Below are positions 25,900-39,894 of a stretch of DNA of 64,000 nt, in pieces. The translations under genes and the position numbers were made by a program. Location: positions 86,430,001 to 86,494,000 of the forward strand of contig NC_058368.1 in NCBI RefSeq assembly GCF_018350175.1, given 5' to 3'. Each line of letters begins with the position of its first letter. Position 1 is the first letter of the stretch. Source of the stretch: Felis catus (lineage: Eukaryota). The notes under the pieces were generated by a model. It saw nothing but the letters and a program-made list of their open reading frames with translations. It did not search any database and had not been told where the DNA came from.

Positions 25900-26033
25900 G
25901 AATCCAAGCAGTCTCCAGTCTCTGATCTGTCACCACAGAGACCAATGTGGGGATCGAACTCACAAACACTGATATCATGACCTGAGCTGAAATCAGAAGT
26001 TTAACCAGTTGACTGAGCCACCCAGGGGCTCCT
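25799..26033 (-). mobile_element. Can-SINE
   Basis: TSD agtcattttattttt (25784-25798, 26034-26048). Confidence 0.92.
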
Positions 26034-28552
26034 AGTCATTTTATTTTTATATAAACTTTCTCCCCTTTTGTAGATCTTCTTTTTGAGCGTCCATAATGCA
26101 AATATTAACTTTTTTTGTATGCCTATTCTCAATACTGTAATATATTAATATGTATCTACATTTGTTTTTTAATATAATTTATTGTCAAATTGGCTTCTAT
26201 ACAACATCCAGCGCTCATCCCAATAAGTGCCTTTCTCAATGCCCATCACCTATTTTCCACTGTCCCCCAAACCCTATCCACCCTCAGTTTGTTCTCAGTA
26301 TTTAGGAGTCTCTTATGGTTTGCCTCCCTCTCTGTAACTATTTTTCCGCTTCGCTTCCCCCATGGTCCTCTCTAAGCTTCTCAAGATCCATATATGAGTG
26401 AAAACATGATATCTGTTTCCGACTGACTTATATCACTTAGCATAATACCCTACACTTCCATCCACGTTGATGCAAATGACATGAATTCATTCTTTCTCAT
26501 TGCCAACTAGTATTCCATGGTATATATAAACAACATTGCCTTTATCCATTCATCAGTTGTTGGACATTTAGGCTCCTTCCATAATTTGGCTATTGTTGAC
26601 ACTGCTGCTATAAACATTGGGGTACATGTTCCCTTATGCATCAGCACTCCTGTGTCCCTTGGGTAAATTCCTAGCAGTGCCATTGCTGGGTCATAGGGTA
26701 GTTCTATTTTTAATTTTTTAAGGAACCTCCACACTGTTTTCCAGAGGGGCTGCACCAGTTTGCATTCCCACCAACAATGCAAGAGGGTTCCCGTTTCTCC
26801 ACATCCAGGCCAGCATCTGTTGTTTCATCAGTTGTTCATTTTAGCCACTCTGACCAGTGGTATCTCACTATAATTTTGATTTGTATTTCCCTCATGATGA
26901 AGGACGTTGAGCATCTTTTCATCTGTCCATTGGCCATCTAGATGCCTTCTTTGTAAAAGTGTCTATTTATGTCTCCTCCCCATTTCTTCACTGGATTATT
27001 TGTTTTTCAGGTGTTGAGTTTGGCATGTTCTTTATACATTTTGGATATTAATCTTTTATCCAATATGTCATTTGCAAATATCTTTCCCATTCTGTCAGTT
27101 GCCTTTTAGTTTTGTTGATTGTTTCCTTTGCAGTGCATAAGCTTTTTATCTTCATGAGGTCCCAATACATCATTTTTGCTTTTAATCCCCTTGCCTTTGG
27201 AGATGTGTAAATCAAGAAGTTGCTGCAGCTGAGGTCAAAGAGATTGTTGCCTGTTTTCTCCTCTAGGGTTTTTGTGGTTTTCTGTTTCACATTCAGGTCC
27301 TTCACCCATTTAGTTTTGTGTAGGGTATAAGAAAGTGATCTAGTTTCATTCTTCTGTATGCTGCTGTCTTGTTATCCCAGCACCATTTACTAAAGAGACT
27401 GTCTTTTTTTTCCATTCTATACTCTTTCCTGCTTTGTCAATTAGTTGGTCATACATTTGTGGGTCCAATTCTGGAGTCTCTATTCTATTCCATTGGTCTA
27501 TGTTTCTGCTTTTGTGTCAGTAACATACTATCTTGTTGATTACAGCTTTATAACACAGCTTGAAGTCTGGAAATGTGATGCTTCCTGCTTTGGTTTTCTT
27601 TTTCAATATTATTTTAGCAATCTGGGGTCTTTTGTGATTCCATACAAATTTTAGGATTGCTTGTTCTATGTTTGAGTGGAATACTGGTGCAATTTTGATT
27701 GGGATTGTATTGAATGTGTAGATTGATTTGGATAGTATTGACATTTTAACAATATTTATTCTTCCAATCCATGATCATGGGATGTTTTTCCCATTTCATT
27801 GTGTCTTCTTCAATTTCCTTCATAAGTTTCCTAGTTTTCAGCACACATATTCTTTACATCTTTGGTTAGGTTTATTCTTAGAAATTTAGGGGTTCTTGGT
27901 ACAATTGTAAATGGATCATTTTCTTGATTTCCCTTTCTGATGTTTCATTACTGGTGAAAAACAATGCAGCTGATTTCTGTACATTAATTTTGTATAGTGT
28001 GACTTTGCTGAATTCATGTGTCAGTTCTAGTGGACTTTTGTTTAGGTCTGTAGGGTTTTCCATGTAGAGTATCATGTCATCTGTGAAAAGTGAAAATTTG
28101 ACTTCTTCTTTGCCAATTATGATGCATTTTATTTTATCTTGTTGTATCATTACTGATGCTAAGACGTCCGACACTGTGCTATACAACAATGGTGAGAGTG
28201 AATATTCCTGTCACGTTCCTGATCTCAGGGAGAAATTTTGTAGTTTTTTTCCATTGAGGATGATATTAACTGTGGGCTTTTCATATATAATTTTTTATGA
28301 TGTTTAGGTATGTTCCTTCTATTCTGATTTTCTTGAGGGTTTTTATTAAGAATGGATGTTGTATTTTGCCAAATGTTTTTTCTGCATCTCTTGACAGGAT
28401 CAATGGTTCTTATCTTTTCTTTTATTAATATGATGTATTAAACTGATTGATTTGCAAATACTGAACCAGCTCTGCAGCCTAGGAATGAATCCCACTTGAT
28501 CATGGTGAATAATTCTTTTTATATGCTGTTGAAAATGATTTGCTAGTGTCTT

Positions 28553-28766
28553 TTAAAATTTTTTTAACGTTTATTCATTTTTGAGAGACAGAGACAGAGC
28601 ATGAGCGGGGAAGGGGCAGAAAGAGAGAGAGACACAGAATCTGAAGCAGGCTCCAGGCTCCAAGCCATCAGCACAGAGCCCAATGTACAGCTCAAACTCA
28701 CGAACCACAAGGTCATGACCTGAGCCAAAGTTGGACTCTCAACCGACTGAGCCACCCAGGCACCCC
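28553..28766 (-). mobile_element. Can-SINE
   Basis: TSD tgatttgctagtgtctt/tgacttgctagtatctt. Confidence 0.92.
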
Positions 28767-29316
28767 TGACTTGCTAGTATCTTGCTGAGAATTTTTGCAT
28801 CCAGGTTAATCAGGGATATAGGTCTATATTTCTCCTTTTTTGTGGGATCTCTGTCTGGTTTTGGAATCAAGGTAATGCTGGCTTCATAGATTGAGTTTGG
28901 AAGATTTCCTTCCATTTCTATTTTTAAGAATGGTTTGAGAAAGATAGGTATTAACTCTGCTTTAAATGACCAGTAGAATTCCCCTGCAACTCTGGCCCAG
29001 GAGTCTTACTTGTTCAGAGATTTTTGATAACTAATTCAATTTTTTCACTGTTATGGGTCTGTTCAAATTTTCTATTTTTTCCCATTTGAGTTTTGGTAGT
29101 GTGTGGATGTCTAGGCATTTGTCCATTTCTTCCATGTTTTCCAGTTTGTTGTCAGAGAAATTTTCATAGCATTCTCTGATAATTGTTTTGATTTCTGAGA
29201 GATTGGTTGTGATAAATCCATTTTCATTTGTGATTTTATCTCTTGGGGTCCTGTCTCTTTTCTTTTTGGAAGTCTGTCTAGGGTGTTATCAATTTTTTTT
29301 TACATATATATTTTTT

Positions 29317-29529
29317 TAATTTTTTTTAACATTTATTTATTTTTGAGACAGAGACAGAGCATGAATGGGGGAGGGTCAGAGAGAGAGAGAGACACACACA
29401 GAATCTGAAACAGGCTCCAGGCTCTGAGCTGTCAGCACAGAGCCCGACGCGGGGCTTGAACTCAGGACTGCGAGATCATGACCTGAGCCGAAGTTGGACG
29501 CCCAACCGACTGAGCCACCCAGGTACCCC
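29317..29529 (-). mobile_element. Can-SINE (relatively young, CpGs retained)
   Basis: TSD catatatatttttt (29303-29316, 29530-29543). Confidence 0.92.
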
Positions 29530-29955
29530 CATATATATTTTTTTTAAATCAGCTCTTAGTTTCATCAATCTGTTCTGCTTTTTTTTAATTTTATTATCTT
29601 ATATTGTCTATTTCTTCTCTGATCTTTATTATTTCTTTTCTTCTGGCCTTGGGTTTCTTTGCTGTTATTCTTCTAGTTCCTTTAGGTGTGATGTTAGATT
29701 TTGTATTTAGGATTGTTCTTGTTTCTTGAGATAGGCCTGTATTTCAGTGTATCTTTCTCTTTGTACTGCCTTTGCTGAATCCCAAAGGTTTTGTACTGCC
29801 ATGTTTTCATTCTTACTTGTGTTCATATTTTTTTTTAATTTTCTTTTTTAGTTGCCTGGTGAACCCATTCATTCTTTAGTAGGATGTTTTCCAACCCCCA
29901 TTCCTTTGGACATTTTGTAAACTTTTTCCTCTGGTTGATTTTAAGATTCATAGCA

Positions 29956-32900
29956 TTTTTTTAATATGAAATTTATTGTCAAATTGGTTTTCCAGAGTGG
30001 CTGCACCAATTTGCATTCCCACCAACTTGTAAGAGGGTTCCCTTTTCTCCACATCTTCTCCAGCATCTATAGTCTCCTGATTTGTTCATTTTAGCCACTT
30101 TGACCAGCGTGAAATTATATCTCAGTGTGGTTTTGATTTGTATTTCCCTGATGATGAAGGACATTGAACATCTTTTCATGTGCTTGTTGACCATCTGGAT
30201 GTCTTCTTTAGACAAGTGTCTATTCATGTTTTGTGCCCATTTCTTCACTGGATTATTTGTTTTTTGGGTGTGGAGTTTGGTGAGTTGTTTATAGATTTCA
30301 GATACTAATCTTTTATCCGATATGTCATGTACAAATATCTTCTCCCATTCCATCAGTTGACTTTTAGTGTTATTGATTTTTTTTTACTTTGAACTGCAGA
30401 AGCTTTTTATCTTGAAGAGGTCCCCATAGTTCGTTTTTGCTTTTAATTCCCTTGCCTTTTGAGATGTGTCAAGTAAGGAATTGCTATGGCTGAGGTCAGA
30501 AAGGTTTTTTTCCTGCATTTTCCTCTAAGGTTTTGATGGTCTCCTGTCTCACATTCAGGTCCTTTACCCATTTTGAGTTTATTTTTGTGAATGGTGTAAG
30601 AAAGTGGTCTAGTTTCAATCTTCTGCATGTTGCTATTCAGTTCTCCCACCACCATTTGTTAGAGACTGTTTTTTTTTTTTCCATTGGATATTCTTTCCTG
30701 CTTTGTCAAAGATTAGTTGGCCATACTTTTGTGGGTCTAGTTCTGGAGTCGCTATTCTATTCTATTGGTCTATGTGTCTGTTTTTATACCAATACCATGT
30801 TGTCTTGATGATTATGGCTTTGTAGTAGAGGCTGGGATTGTGATGCCTCCCACTTTGGTCTTCTTCTTCAATATTACTTTGGCGATTCGGAGTCTTTTGT
30901 GGTTCCATACAAATTTTAGGATTACTTGTTCTAGCTTTGAGAAGAAAGCTGGTGCAATTTTGATTGGGATTGCATTGAATGTGTAGATTGCTTTGGGTAG
31001 TATTGTCATTTTAACAATATTTATTCTTCCAATCTATGAGCACAGAATGCTTTTTCCATTTCTTTGTATCTTCTTCAATTTCCTTCATAAGCTTTCTATA
31101 GTTTTCAGCATACAGATCTTTTATATCTTTGGTTAAGTTTACTCCTAGGTATTTTATGGTTCTTGGTGCAATTGTGAAAGGGATCAGTTTCTTTGTCTTT
31201 CTGTTGCTTCATTATTAGTGTATAAGAATGCAATTGACTTCTGTACATTAATTGTATATCCTGAGACCTTGCTGAATTAATGTATCAGTTCTAGCAGTCT
31301 TTTGGTGGAGTCTATCGGGCTTTCCATGTATAATCATGTCATCTGGAAAAAGTGAAAAGTTGACTTCATCTTTGCCAATTTTGATGCCTTTTATTTCATT
31401 TTGTTGTCTGACTGCTGATGGTAGAATTTCTAACACTATGTTAAACAACAGTGGTGAGAGAGTACATCCCTGTCGTTTTCCTGATCTCAGGGAAAAAGCT
31501 CTCAGTTTTTCCCCATTGAGGATGATATTAGCTGTGGGCTCTTCATAAATGGTTTTTATGATGTTTAAGTATGTCCTTTCTATCCCAACTTTCTCGAGGG
31601 TTTTTATTAAGAAAGGATGCTGAATTTTGTCAAATGCTTTTTCTGCATCGATTGACAGGATCATATGGTTCTTATCTTTCCTTTTATAATTGTGATGTAT
31701 CACATTGATTGATTTGCAAATGTTGAACCAGCCCTGCATCCCAAGAATGAATCCCACTTGATCATGGTGAATAATTCTTTTTGTATGCTGTTGAATTTGA
31801 TTTTCTAGTACCTTGTTGAGAATTTTTGCATCCATATTCATCAGGGATATTGGCTTGTAGTTCTTTTTTTTTTTTTTTTGCTGGGTCTCTGTCTGGTTTA
31901 GGAATCAAAGTAATGCTGGCTTCATAGAATGAGTCTGGACGTTTTCCTTCCCTTTCTATTTTTTGGAATATGTTGAGAAGGATTGGTTTTATATCTGCTT
32001 TAAACATCTTGTAGAATTCCCCTGGGAACCCATCTGGTCCTGGACTCTTATTTGTTGGGAGATTTTTGATAACTGATTCAGTTCCATAGCTGGTTTTGAG
32101 TCTATTCAAGTTTTCTATTTCTTCCTGTTTGAATTTTGGAAGTGTGTAGGTGTTTAGGAATTTATCCATTTCTTCCAGGTTGTCCAATTTGTTGGCATAT
32201 AATTTTTCATAGTATTCCCTGATAACTGCTTGTATTTCTGAGGGATTAGTTGTAATAATTCCATTTTCATTCATTATTTTATCTCTGTGGGTCGTCTCCG
32301 TTTTCTTTTTGAGAAGCCTGGCTAGAGGTTTGTCAATTTTGTTTATTTTTTCAAAAAAACAACTCTTGCTTTCATTGATGTGCTCTACAGTTTTTTAGAT
32401 TCTATATTGTTTACTCTGCCCTGATCTTTTTTATTTCTCTTCTTCTGCTGGGTTTAGGGTGTCTTTGCTGTTATGAATCTATTACCTTTAGGTGTGCTAT
32501 TAGATTTTTATATTTGGGATTTTTCTCGTTCCTTGAGATAGGCCTCGATTGCAATATACTTTCCTCTCAGTACTGCGTTCGCTGCATCCCAAAACTTTTG
32601 GATTGTTGTATTTTCATTTTCATTTTTTTCCGTATTTTTTTTTTAATTTCTTCCCTAATTGCCTGGTTGACCCATTCATTTTTTAATAGGGTGTTTTTTA
32701 ACCTCCATGCTTTTGGACGTTTTTCAGACTTCCTGTGGTTGATTTCAAGTTTCATAGCATTGTGGTCTGAAAGTGTGCATGGTATGATCTCATTCTTTTA
32801 TACTTATGAGGGGCTGTTTTGAGACCCAGTATGTGATTTATCTTGGAGAATGTTCCATGTGCACTCGGGAAGAAAGTATATTCTGTTGCTTTGGGATGCA

Positions 32901-35085
32901 GAGTTCTAAATATATCTGTCAAGTCTGATCCAATGTGTCATTCAGGGCCCTTGTTTCCTTATTGATCCTGTGTCTCGATAATCTATCCACCGCTGTAAGT
33001 AGGGTACTAAAGTCCCCTGCAATTACCACATTGTTATCAATAAGGTTGGTTATAGTTGTGATTGTTTTATATATTTCGGGACTTCTGTATTCGGTGCGTA
33101 GACATTTATAGTTGTTAGCTCTTCTTGATGGATAGACCCTGTAATTATTGTATAATGCCCTTCTTCATCTCTTGTTACAGCCTTTAAAGTCTAGTTTGTC
33201 TGATATAAGTATGGCTACTCCAGCTTTCTTTTGACTTCCATCAGCATGATATTTCTCTATCCCCTCACTTTCAATCTGAAGGTGTCCTCATGTCTAAAAT
33301 GAGTCTCTTGGAAACAGCAAATAGGTCTTGTTTTTTTTTTTTTTTTTTTATCTATTCTGATACCCTATGTTTTTTTATTAGTCCATTTACATTCAGTGTT
33401 AGTACTGAAAGATATGAGTTTAGAGTGGTTGCGTAATCTGTAGTTTTCATGCTTGTAGTTATGTCTCTGGTACTTTGTGGTTCTTACAACAGTACACTCA
33501 CAGAGTCCCCCTTAGGATCTCTTATAGGGCTGGTTTAGTGGTGATGAATTCCTTCAGTTTTCGTTTGGGGAAATCTTTATCTTTCCTTCTATTTTGAATG
33601 ACAGACTTTGTGGATAAAGGATTTTTGGCTGCATATTTTTTCTGTTCATCACATTGAAGACTTCCTGCCATTCTTTTTGGGACTTCCAAGTTTCAGTACA
33701 TAGGTCTGCTACTACTCTTCAGTAGATAGGTCTGCCTTTGTAAGTTAGAGTCTGTTTATCCCTAGCTGCTTTCAGAATTTTCTCTTTATCCTTGTATTTT
33801 GCCAATTTCACTATGATATGTTGTGCAGATCAATTCAAGTTACGTCTGAAGGTAGCTCTCTCTGCATCTTGGATTTTAATACCTGTTTCCTTCTCCAGAT
33901 CAGGGAAGTTCTCAGCTATAATTTCTTCAAGTACACCTTCAGCCCCTTTGTCTCTCTCTTCTTGTTCTGGAATTCCTATGATAAGAATATTGTTCATTTG
34001 ATTGCATCACTTATTTCTCTAATTTTCCCCTCATACTCCTGGATATTTTTATCTCTCTTTTTCTCACCTTCCTCTTTTTCTATAATTTTATCTTCTAATT
34101 CACCTATTCTCTCCTCTGTCTTTTCAATCTTTGCTATGTCCACCTCCATTTTATTTTGCATCTCATTTATAGCATTTTTAAGTTCTTCATGAATATTGTT
34201 TAGTCCTTTGATCTCTGTAACAATATATTCTCTGCTGTCCTCTGTGCTTTTTTCAAGTCCAGCGATTTACCTTATGACTATTATTCTAAAGTTTTGTTCT
34301 GTTATATTGCTTAAATCGTTTTTAATCAATTCGTTAACTGTCGCTACTTCCTGGAATTTTTTTTGAGGAGAAATCTTCTGTTTCGTCATTTTGGGTAGTC
34401 CCTGTGGTAGCTCCAAACTGCAAGGCACTTCCCTGTGCTGTCCATAGAAACTTGTGTTGGTGGGCAGGGCCGTAGTCAGCCCCAATATATGCCCCCAGCT
34501 GGGGCTGGGGCCACAGTCAGACTGGTGTGTACCTTATCTTCCCCTCTCCCAGGGGCAGGCCTCACTGTGGAGTGGTGTGGCTCCTGTTTTGGCTGCTTGC
34601 ACACTGCCATGCTTGTGGTGCTGCTTTTATGGAATCTGGCCATGGGAGTATTTGACGGGGTCAATCAGCAAGGTGCACAGGGGCAGGAGGGGCAGGCTTA
34701 GCTAGCTTTGCCTTGCCTTCAGTTTCCCCTGCGGGAGGGGCCTTGAAGCACCAGGAGGGAGGCAGGCCCAAGGGAGGGATGGATCCAGAGAAGCACAGTT
34801 TTGGGCATTTGCACGGTACAATCAAGTTTGGTGACAGGAACTTTTTCACTTTGGATTTTCGGCTGGGGGATGGGAGAGGGAAATAGCTCTTGCCAGCACC
34901 TTTGTTACCCCACCGAGCTCTGTCCTACCATGGCTCAACAACTCTCCCTCCCGGCGTCCTCTCGCCTTCCTTGCTCTCCAAGTGCAGAGCTCTGGACTTC
35001 TAATATTCCAGATGTTAAGTCCTGCTGGCTGTCAGAATTCACACAGTCCAGCCCCTCTGCTTTTGCAAGCCAGACTTTGGGGGCT
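29956..35085 (-). mobile_element. Younger near-full-length felid LINE-1 (ORF2, ORF1, partial 5' UTR), inactivated
   Basis: Longest L1 ORF remnants in the window: 31248-31841 ([56 protein letters not shown]) and 31762-32274 ([13 protein letters not shown]); multiple frameshifts; GC-rich 5' UTR at ~34400-35085. Confidence 0.93.
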
Positions 35086-36820
35086 CATTGATCATTTAGT
35101 TCTCTTATTCTCCCCTTAGAGTCTAGATTTTTTTAATCTCTTTTTTCCTAAGCTTCATCTATTTCCATTTTACCTTCTATTTTACTTATTCTACCCTCTT
35201 ACTTTTCTTTCTTTGCTTTCACTACTTCTAGTTTATTTTTAACCTCATTTACAACATTTTTTAATTCATCATTACTATTTTTTTAGTTCCTTGATCTCTG
35301 CAGCTATAGATTCTCTACTGTCTTCTATGCTTTTCTTCAAGCCCAGTGATTAATCTTATGACTGTTATTCTAAATTCTTACTTAATTATATTGTTTATAT
35401 TTTTAGGTTTCATTTCTTTAGCTTTCGTTTCTTTAGCTTTCATTTCTTCCTGGAATTTCTTTCAGGAGAATTCTTCCATTTCATCATTTTGGCTAGTTTT
35501 CTGTACCTTATGTGTTTTAAAAACCTGCTATATGCCTTGCACCTGTGAGCTCTACTGTATTAAAGAGGGGTCAAACACTGTCTAGAGCCTGGCCCTTCAG
35601 GAGGTATTTTTTGGAATGTCTTACTTGCTCTCTATTGTTGTGACTTTGTTTTATATCCCTACTTGTAGTGATGTTTTGGAACCTCCAGCAGGTGTGCTTT
35701 GATTCGATCATTGAAGTCACCCTGGGAAGAAAAACAAATAAACAAACCAAGAACAAAAAAAGCAGAAACATCAGCTACAAGTAAACAAGTGTGGGGTCAG
35801 TGCTGATGGAAGAGGCATTATCCCATACAATGAGAGAAATAACAGAGACAGAGAGAAAGAAAACAAAAGAAAATTAAGCATACAGAGCAACTATAAGGTT
35901 TAATCCAGAGAGAGAGAGAGAGAGAGGGAGTGAGAGAAAAATAAAGAAGGAGGTATAAAACAAGTATAAAGAGAATAGAGTAAGGATGTCTGTTTAAGAA
36001 ACCAACAATCAGAATAACCAGATTAGAAGAGGAAAGAAATACATATATAAGAATTATCCAAGAATTAAATCAGGAAATGCAAAACTGCTGGATGCTTTGG
36101 AACTGGTGGCAGTGCTGGTCTTGAGGAGGGGCTATCTGGTTCTTCAGTGCCAATCCAGCTCCAGTAGATATGCAATTTCCAGGCATAGAGGGGCCTGGTT
36201 TGGTGTAGGTGGGTCCCACCTCCACTGTGGGTCTGCTGTCTGTCCCCTGAAGCCCCACCTTCCTAGAGATGGTAAGAAAAATGGCAATATCCCAGTCTCT
36301 CTTCCATGGACTGGGTGTCCCAAACCATTCTAATTTGGCCATCCTCTCTCTACCACAGGCACAAATGAGGCTTTTTGCCACCCCACCCCCCCCCACTCCA
36401 CTGACTCCCATGCCTCCCTGGTGCTCAGCTAGGATTTAAACCCCGATATCTTAAGGGGCCCCACTCCATGTGCCCTGGTTCTGGGGAAATGCCGCTCGGC
36501 CCTGCCAGATATATAGTCTTTGGCTGGTGGGTGCAGGCACTCTTTGTCCTTTGAATTGTTATATACCTTATACCCACAGCACTCCAGGGAAGGGATTACT
36601 TTCTCCAAGTGAGGACTGTGCCTCAGAACTAGTTACTGAGCTGGGGGCTGGCTATCCTCCTCCCCAGGTGCAGGAACAGGGCAGCTGGCCCCATTCTGGA
36701 GAAAGCCCTGCAGTTAGAGATTGAATCTTTCTGAATCCTGGTCTGTGGTTTTTCTCAATTTCAGATACAGTCCTATGATTCCCCAGCATTCTTTCTCTTC
36801 CCCTTGTCTCTCCACAGCAA
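35086..36820 (-). mobile_element. ORF1 N-terminus and 5' UTR of the L1 starting at 26163
   Basis: 35088 onward aligns by eye with 33998 onward (ORF1); GC-rich UTR at 36070-36820. Confidence 0.75.
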
Positions 36821-39575
36821 GTAGCTGTCTTGATGGAGTCCCATAAATATAAAAGGTTTTACCCTTTTTCTTCTTTTGTTGTTGTTGTTAAATCTTGGTC
36901 TGGATTTGCATATGACTTATCTTCAAGTGAGCTGGTTTTATCTTGAATGACTCAAAGTACTTTATTTTAACCCAGAGTTCAACAACTGCTTATAATGTTC
37001 TTATACCTTTTCTAAATATTGTTAAACTATTTAATTGCATTTGCTAAGATTTTCTTTTTTACATCTCACAACATGTTTTACCATCTGGATCTGGATTTAT
37101 TTAAACACAATAATATGTGTTTGCATTGCACTCAGTTTCATGAAATTTGTTTACATAACAGTCTATCAATTACTAAAACAAAATTATTAAACTTATTAAT
37201 TCCAGCTAATGTATAAAAAATTATAAGTAAACTAATGCCTAGTTGATTAAATTACCTTTTGTCTGTCTCACTGTCTGTATGTGTAGGTTTTTTAAATGAT
37301 ATTTTACGATATTAATTGATATCACTCATTGAAACCATTTATTTGCTCTATAGAAGAAAATATGACTGGACAGTCCAACACGACAAATGAGAATATAACT
37401 GTGATTTCAAGATGCTATTGAATAAAAATATATTTAAAGTGTGAATGAGATAATGTAAACACACCAAGGAAAGTGTCAGGCTAATAGACACTTCTTTATA
37501 ATGGCTCTTTGTGTGATTGGATATATATGCTTCTTCAGTGTCTTCTCACAAATTATGAAGACTCTTGATTGCATCACAGTATTTGAAGTTAATCATTAAA
37601 AAGGAAATTTTATCATGATACTTCATTTCCACATATCTTATTGTGCCAATGTGTGTCTCTTATGATTGTGAGAAACAGACTACATCAGTCCATTCTGACA
37701 AAAGTGGCAGCATTTCCTTTTGGAATACTCCAGAGTTCAAGCCACAGGGAGATGGACAGCAAATATAAAATCACCATTCTCATTGTGTTTAATCTTATTC
37801 ACAACTGTATTTGCTAAAGCCAAGAGAGCAAGAAGTAAAGTGCCTTTTAGGAAAGAACTTTCTCAATATTTGAAAATCAGAGCTACTGTTGTTGACTTAG
37901 AATAATCAGGAATAGTTTCATCAACAACTATACACAAAGCCTGATGATTTCTTCCATCTTCTACAGAATGGATACTTTAGTGAGTTTTATTTTCTTTTAT
38001 TCTGGTTATTGATTGTAATTTCAGTAAGAAAATAATAAACCTGTAAAAAGTTTCCTAAATTCTCTAGTGATACAAATTTCTTGAATTATTAAATGTTTAT
38101 TTTAATAATTCTAGAACATAGGTTTTCTAAGTGCAGACCAAACTTGTTCTGAAATATGAGTTCACACAACAAGGACACTTTGGACTTCAAAACACTTATT
38201 TATGTAACTTCATTTTAATGCATAACAGGATGCTGATTTCACTGTAATCAATTAAAAACAATTAAAATACCAAGTAAATTCTTATTTTAGTCATAAGCAG
38301 AGAGTAATAAAAGAATTAAGTCGTGAAATGATAGATTAAAAAATGATGACTAGGTTGGCAAAACATTACCTCTAAAATGTAGTTAAAATTATTGGGATTA
38401 TAGGCTACAGTATCATCAATTAGCTTTCCTTATTTTTGATTTATGGAAACATTAGATTGCTTTAAATTATACATAATTATATATTATACAAGTATAGATT
38501 TGTAAAATAGTAGAGGTCAGTTGATTTCAGAAATTTACACTGAATCCGTTCACCCAACTTTTTGAAACAACTACACTTTCTTCATCCATTTACACTATGT
38601 TCAAGTAATTGAATTCTTAATTGAATGAGTAAGAATTGGTAATTGTTGAGGCCGAAAGAGAAGTCACAGATATTGACACATAAGGGTTAAACTTATAAAA
38701 CACATTGAAGTAAAATTAGATAGACAGTAAATGATAGATGATATAAATGATAGATTATATATGTAATATATATAATATAAATATATAAAATATAAATATA
38801 AAAAAATAAATATGCTTATATGATATTATACCTATGTATATGTATATTATATCTATCTGTCTATATCATCTATCATTTATGCAATTTATCTCTACCCATT
38901 TCAAGTCTTTTCTGTTAAAATGTTGGCAGATTTTAAATCAAGTAGAAAAGTATACAGCATTTTTTACTTAATATAGGATTATTTTAAGTAAAATATTTGA
39001 AAAGAATTCATGTGTAAGCATCATGTCCATCAGAGAATTAGAAAAAGGATATTATTAGTTAAAATACAGGGAAAGGATATACAGATTTGTAAATAGAAGT
39101 TTAACTTACTTTGTATTTGTAACTGTGTAGCAGTGTAATAAAGTAAGATTGGATAAACACATATATGTATATCTATTTGTATCTATCAATCTATCTAGGC
39201 ATATGGATTTCACAAATGCATAAAATGACCTTAATTTGTGAAAACTAGATAACTAAAAAAAGTTTAAGTGTAACAAGGTATAATATATAGTAATCCAGAT
39301 AGCTAAAATAAGAAATTCTGTATTATATTTAGTCACTTATAAACAGTAATCTAAAATATCAGAAGATAAAATAAAGGATTAAAGTAATACAGAAAGAAAG
39401 AAAGTTTAAAGTAGAAAGAGGAATGCCTGTTGTTTCATGAAGTTACTTTTAATACAAGTACAGGAACAGTTAATTATCAAATTATTAATTCATTGAATTG
39501 GATAGAGGATGTGGCATGGAACCATTGGATACTTCATATTTATTCACCCACTTTCTTTCATGTGTAAATTAAGAC

Positions 39576-39652
39576 TCTTCTCTATAAGCACAGGTTGCAT
39601 TTTGTTAATATTCAGTTGATATTCTTCTCTATAAGCACAGGTTGCATTTTGT
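39576..39652. repeat. Perfect 30-bp direct repeat (47-bp period)
   Basis: tcttctctataagcacaggttgcattttgt at 39576-39605 and 39623-39652. Confidence 0.9.
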
Positions 39653-39894
39653 CTGATAATCAGTTTGTACATATGTTCTCATAACATTATAACAGACACT
39701 TAGAGAAACAAAAACTTGATGAAACGAAGTACATACAAAATGTGGATTTATTGATGAGGAAAATGCATTTTTTTAAATTATTTCTGACTTTTTCTCACAC
39801 ACACCACATTTACTAATGTGATAAGAATTAACAGAGGGTTTTTTTTTCTCTATTGAGGTGAAATAAATATACTTAGAATTCACGACCGTTGTAA

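Larger units (their letters stand above)
17600..26160 (-). mobile_element. Old L1MA-type LINE-1 host element, split by younger insertions (pieces ~17600-18080, 18940-22180, 24580-26160; resumes ~36830-37000)
   Basis: Collinear antisense progression 3' UTR > ORF2 > EN > ORF1 across the interruptions. Confidence 0.7.
26163..29955 (-). mobile_element. Felid-type LINE-1, 3' UTR and ORF2 (continues at 35086-36820)
   Basis: ORF2 remnants [31 protein letters not shown] and [14 protein letters not shown]. Confidence 0.9.

Noticed and set aside
31248..32274. Active reverse transcriptase gene
   Set aside because: L1 ORF2 is broken by several frameshifts (e.g. T-run near 31864-31879) and lacks its C-terminus.
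33692..33735. 18-bp near-duplicate ttcagta(c/g)ataggtctgc in L1 ORF1
   Set aside because: Ordinary slippage duplication in a dead element.
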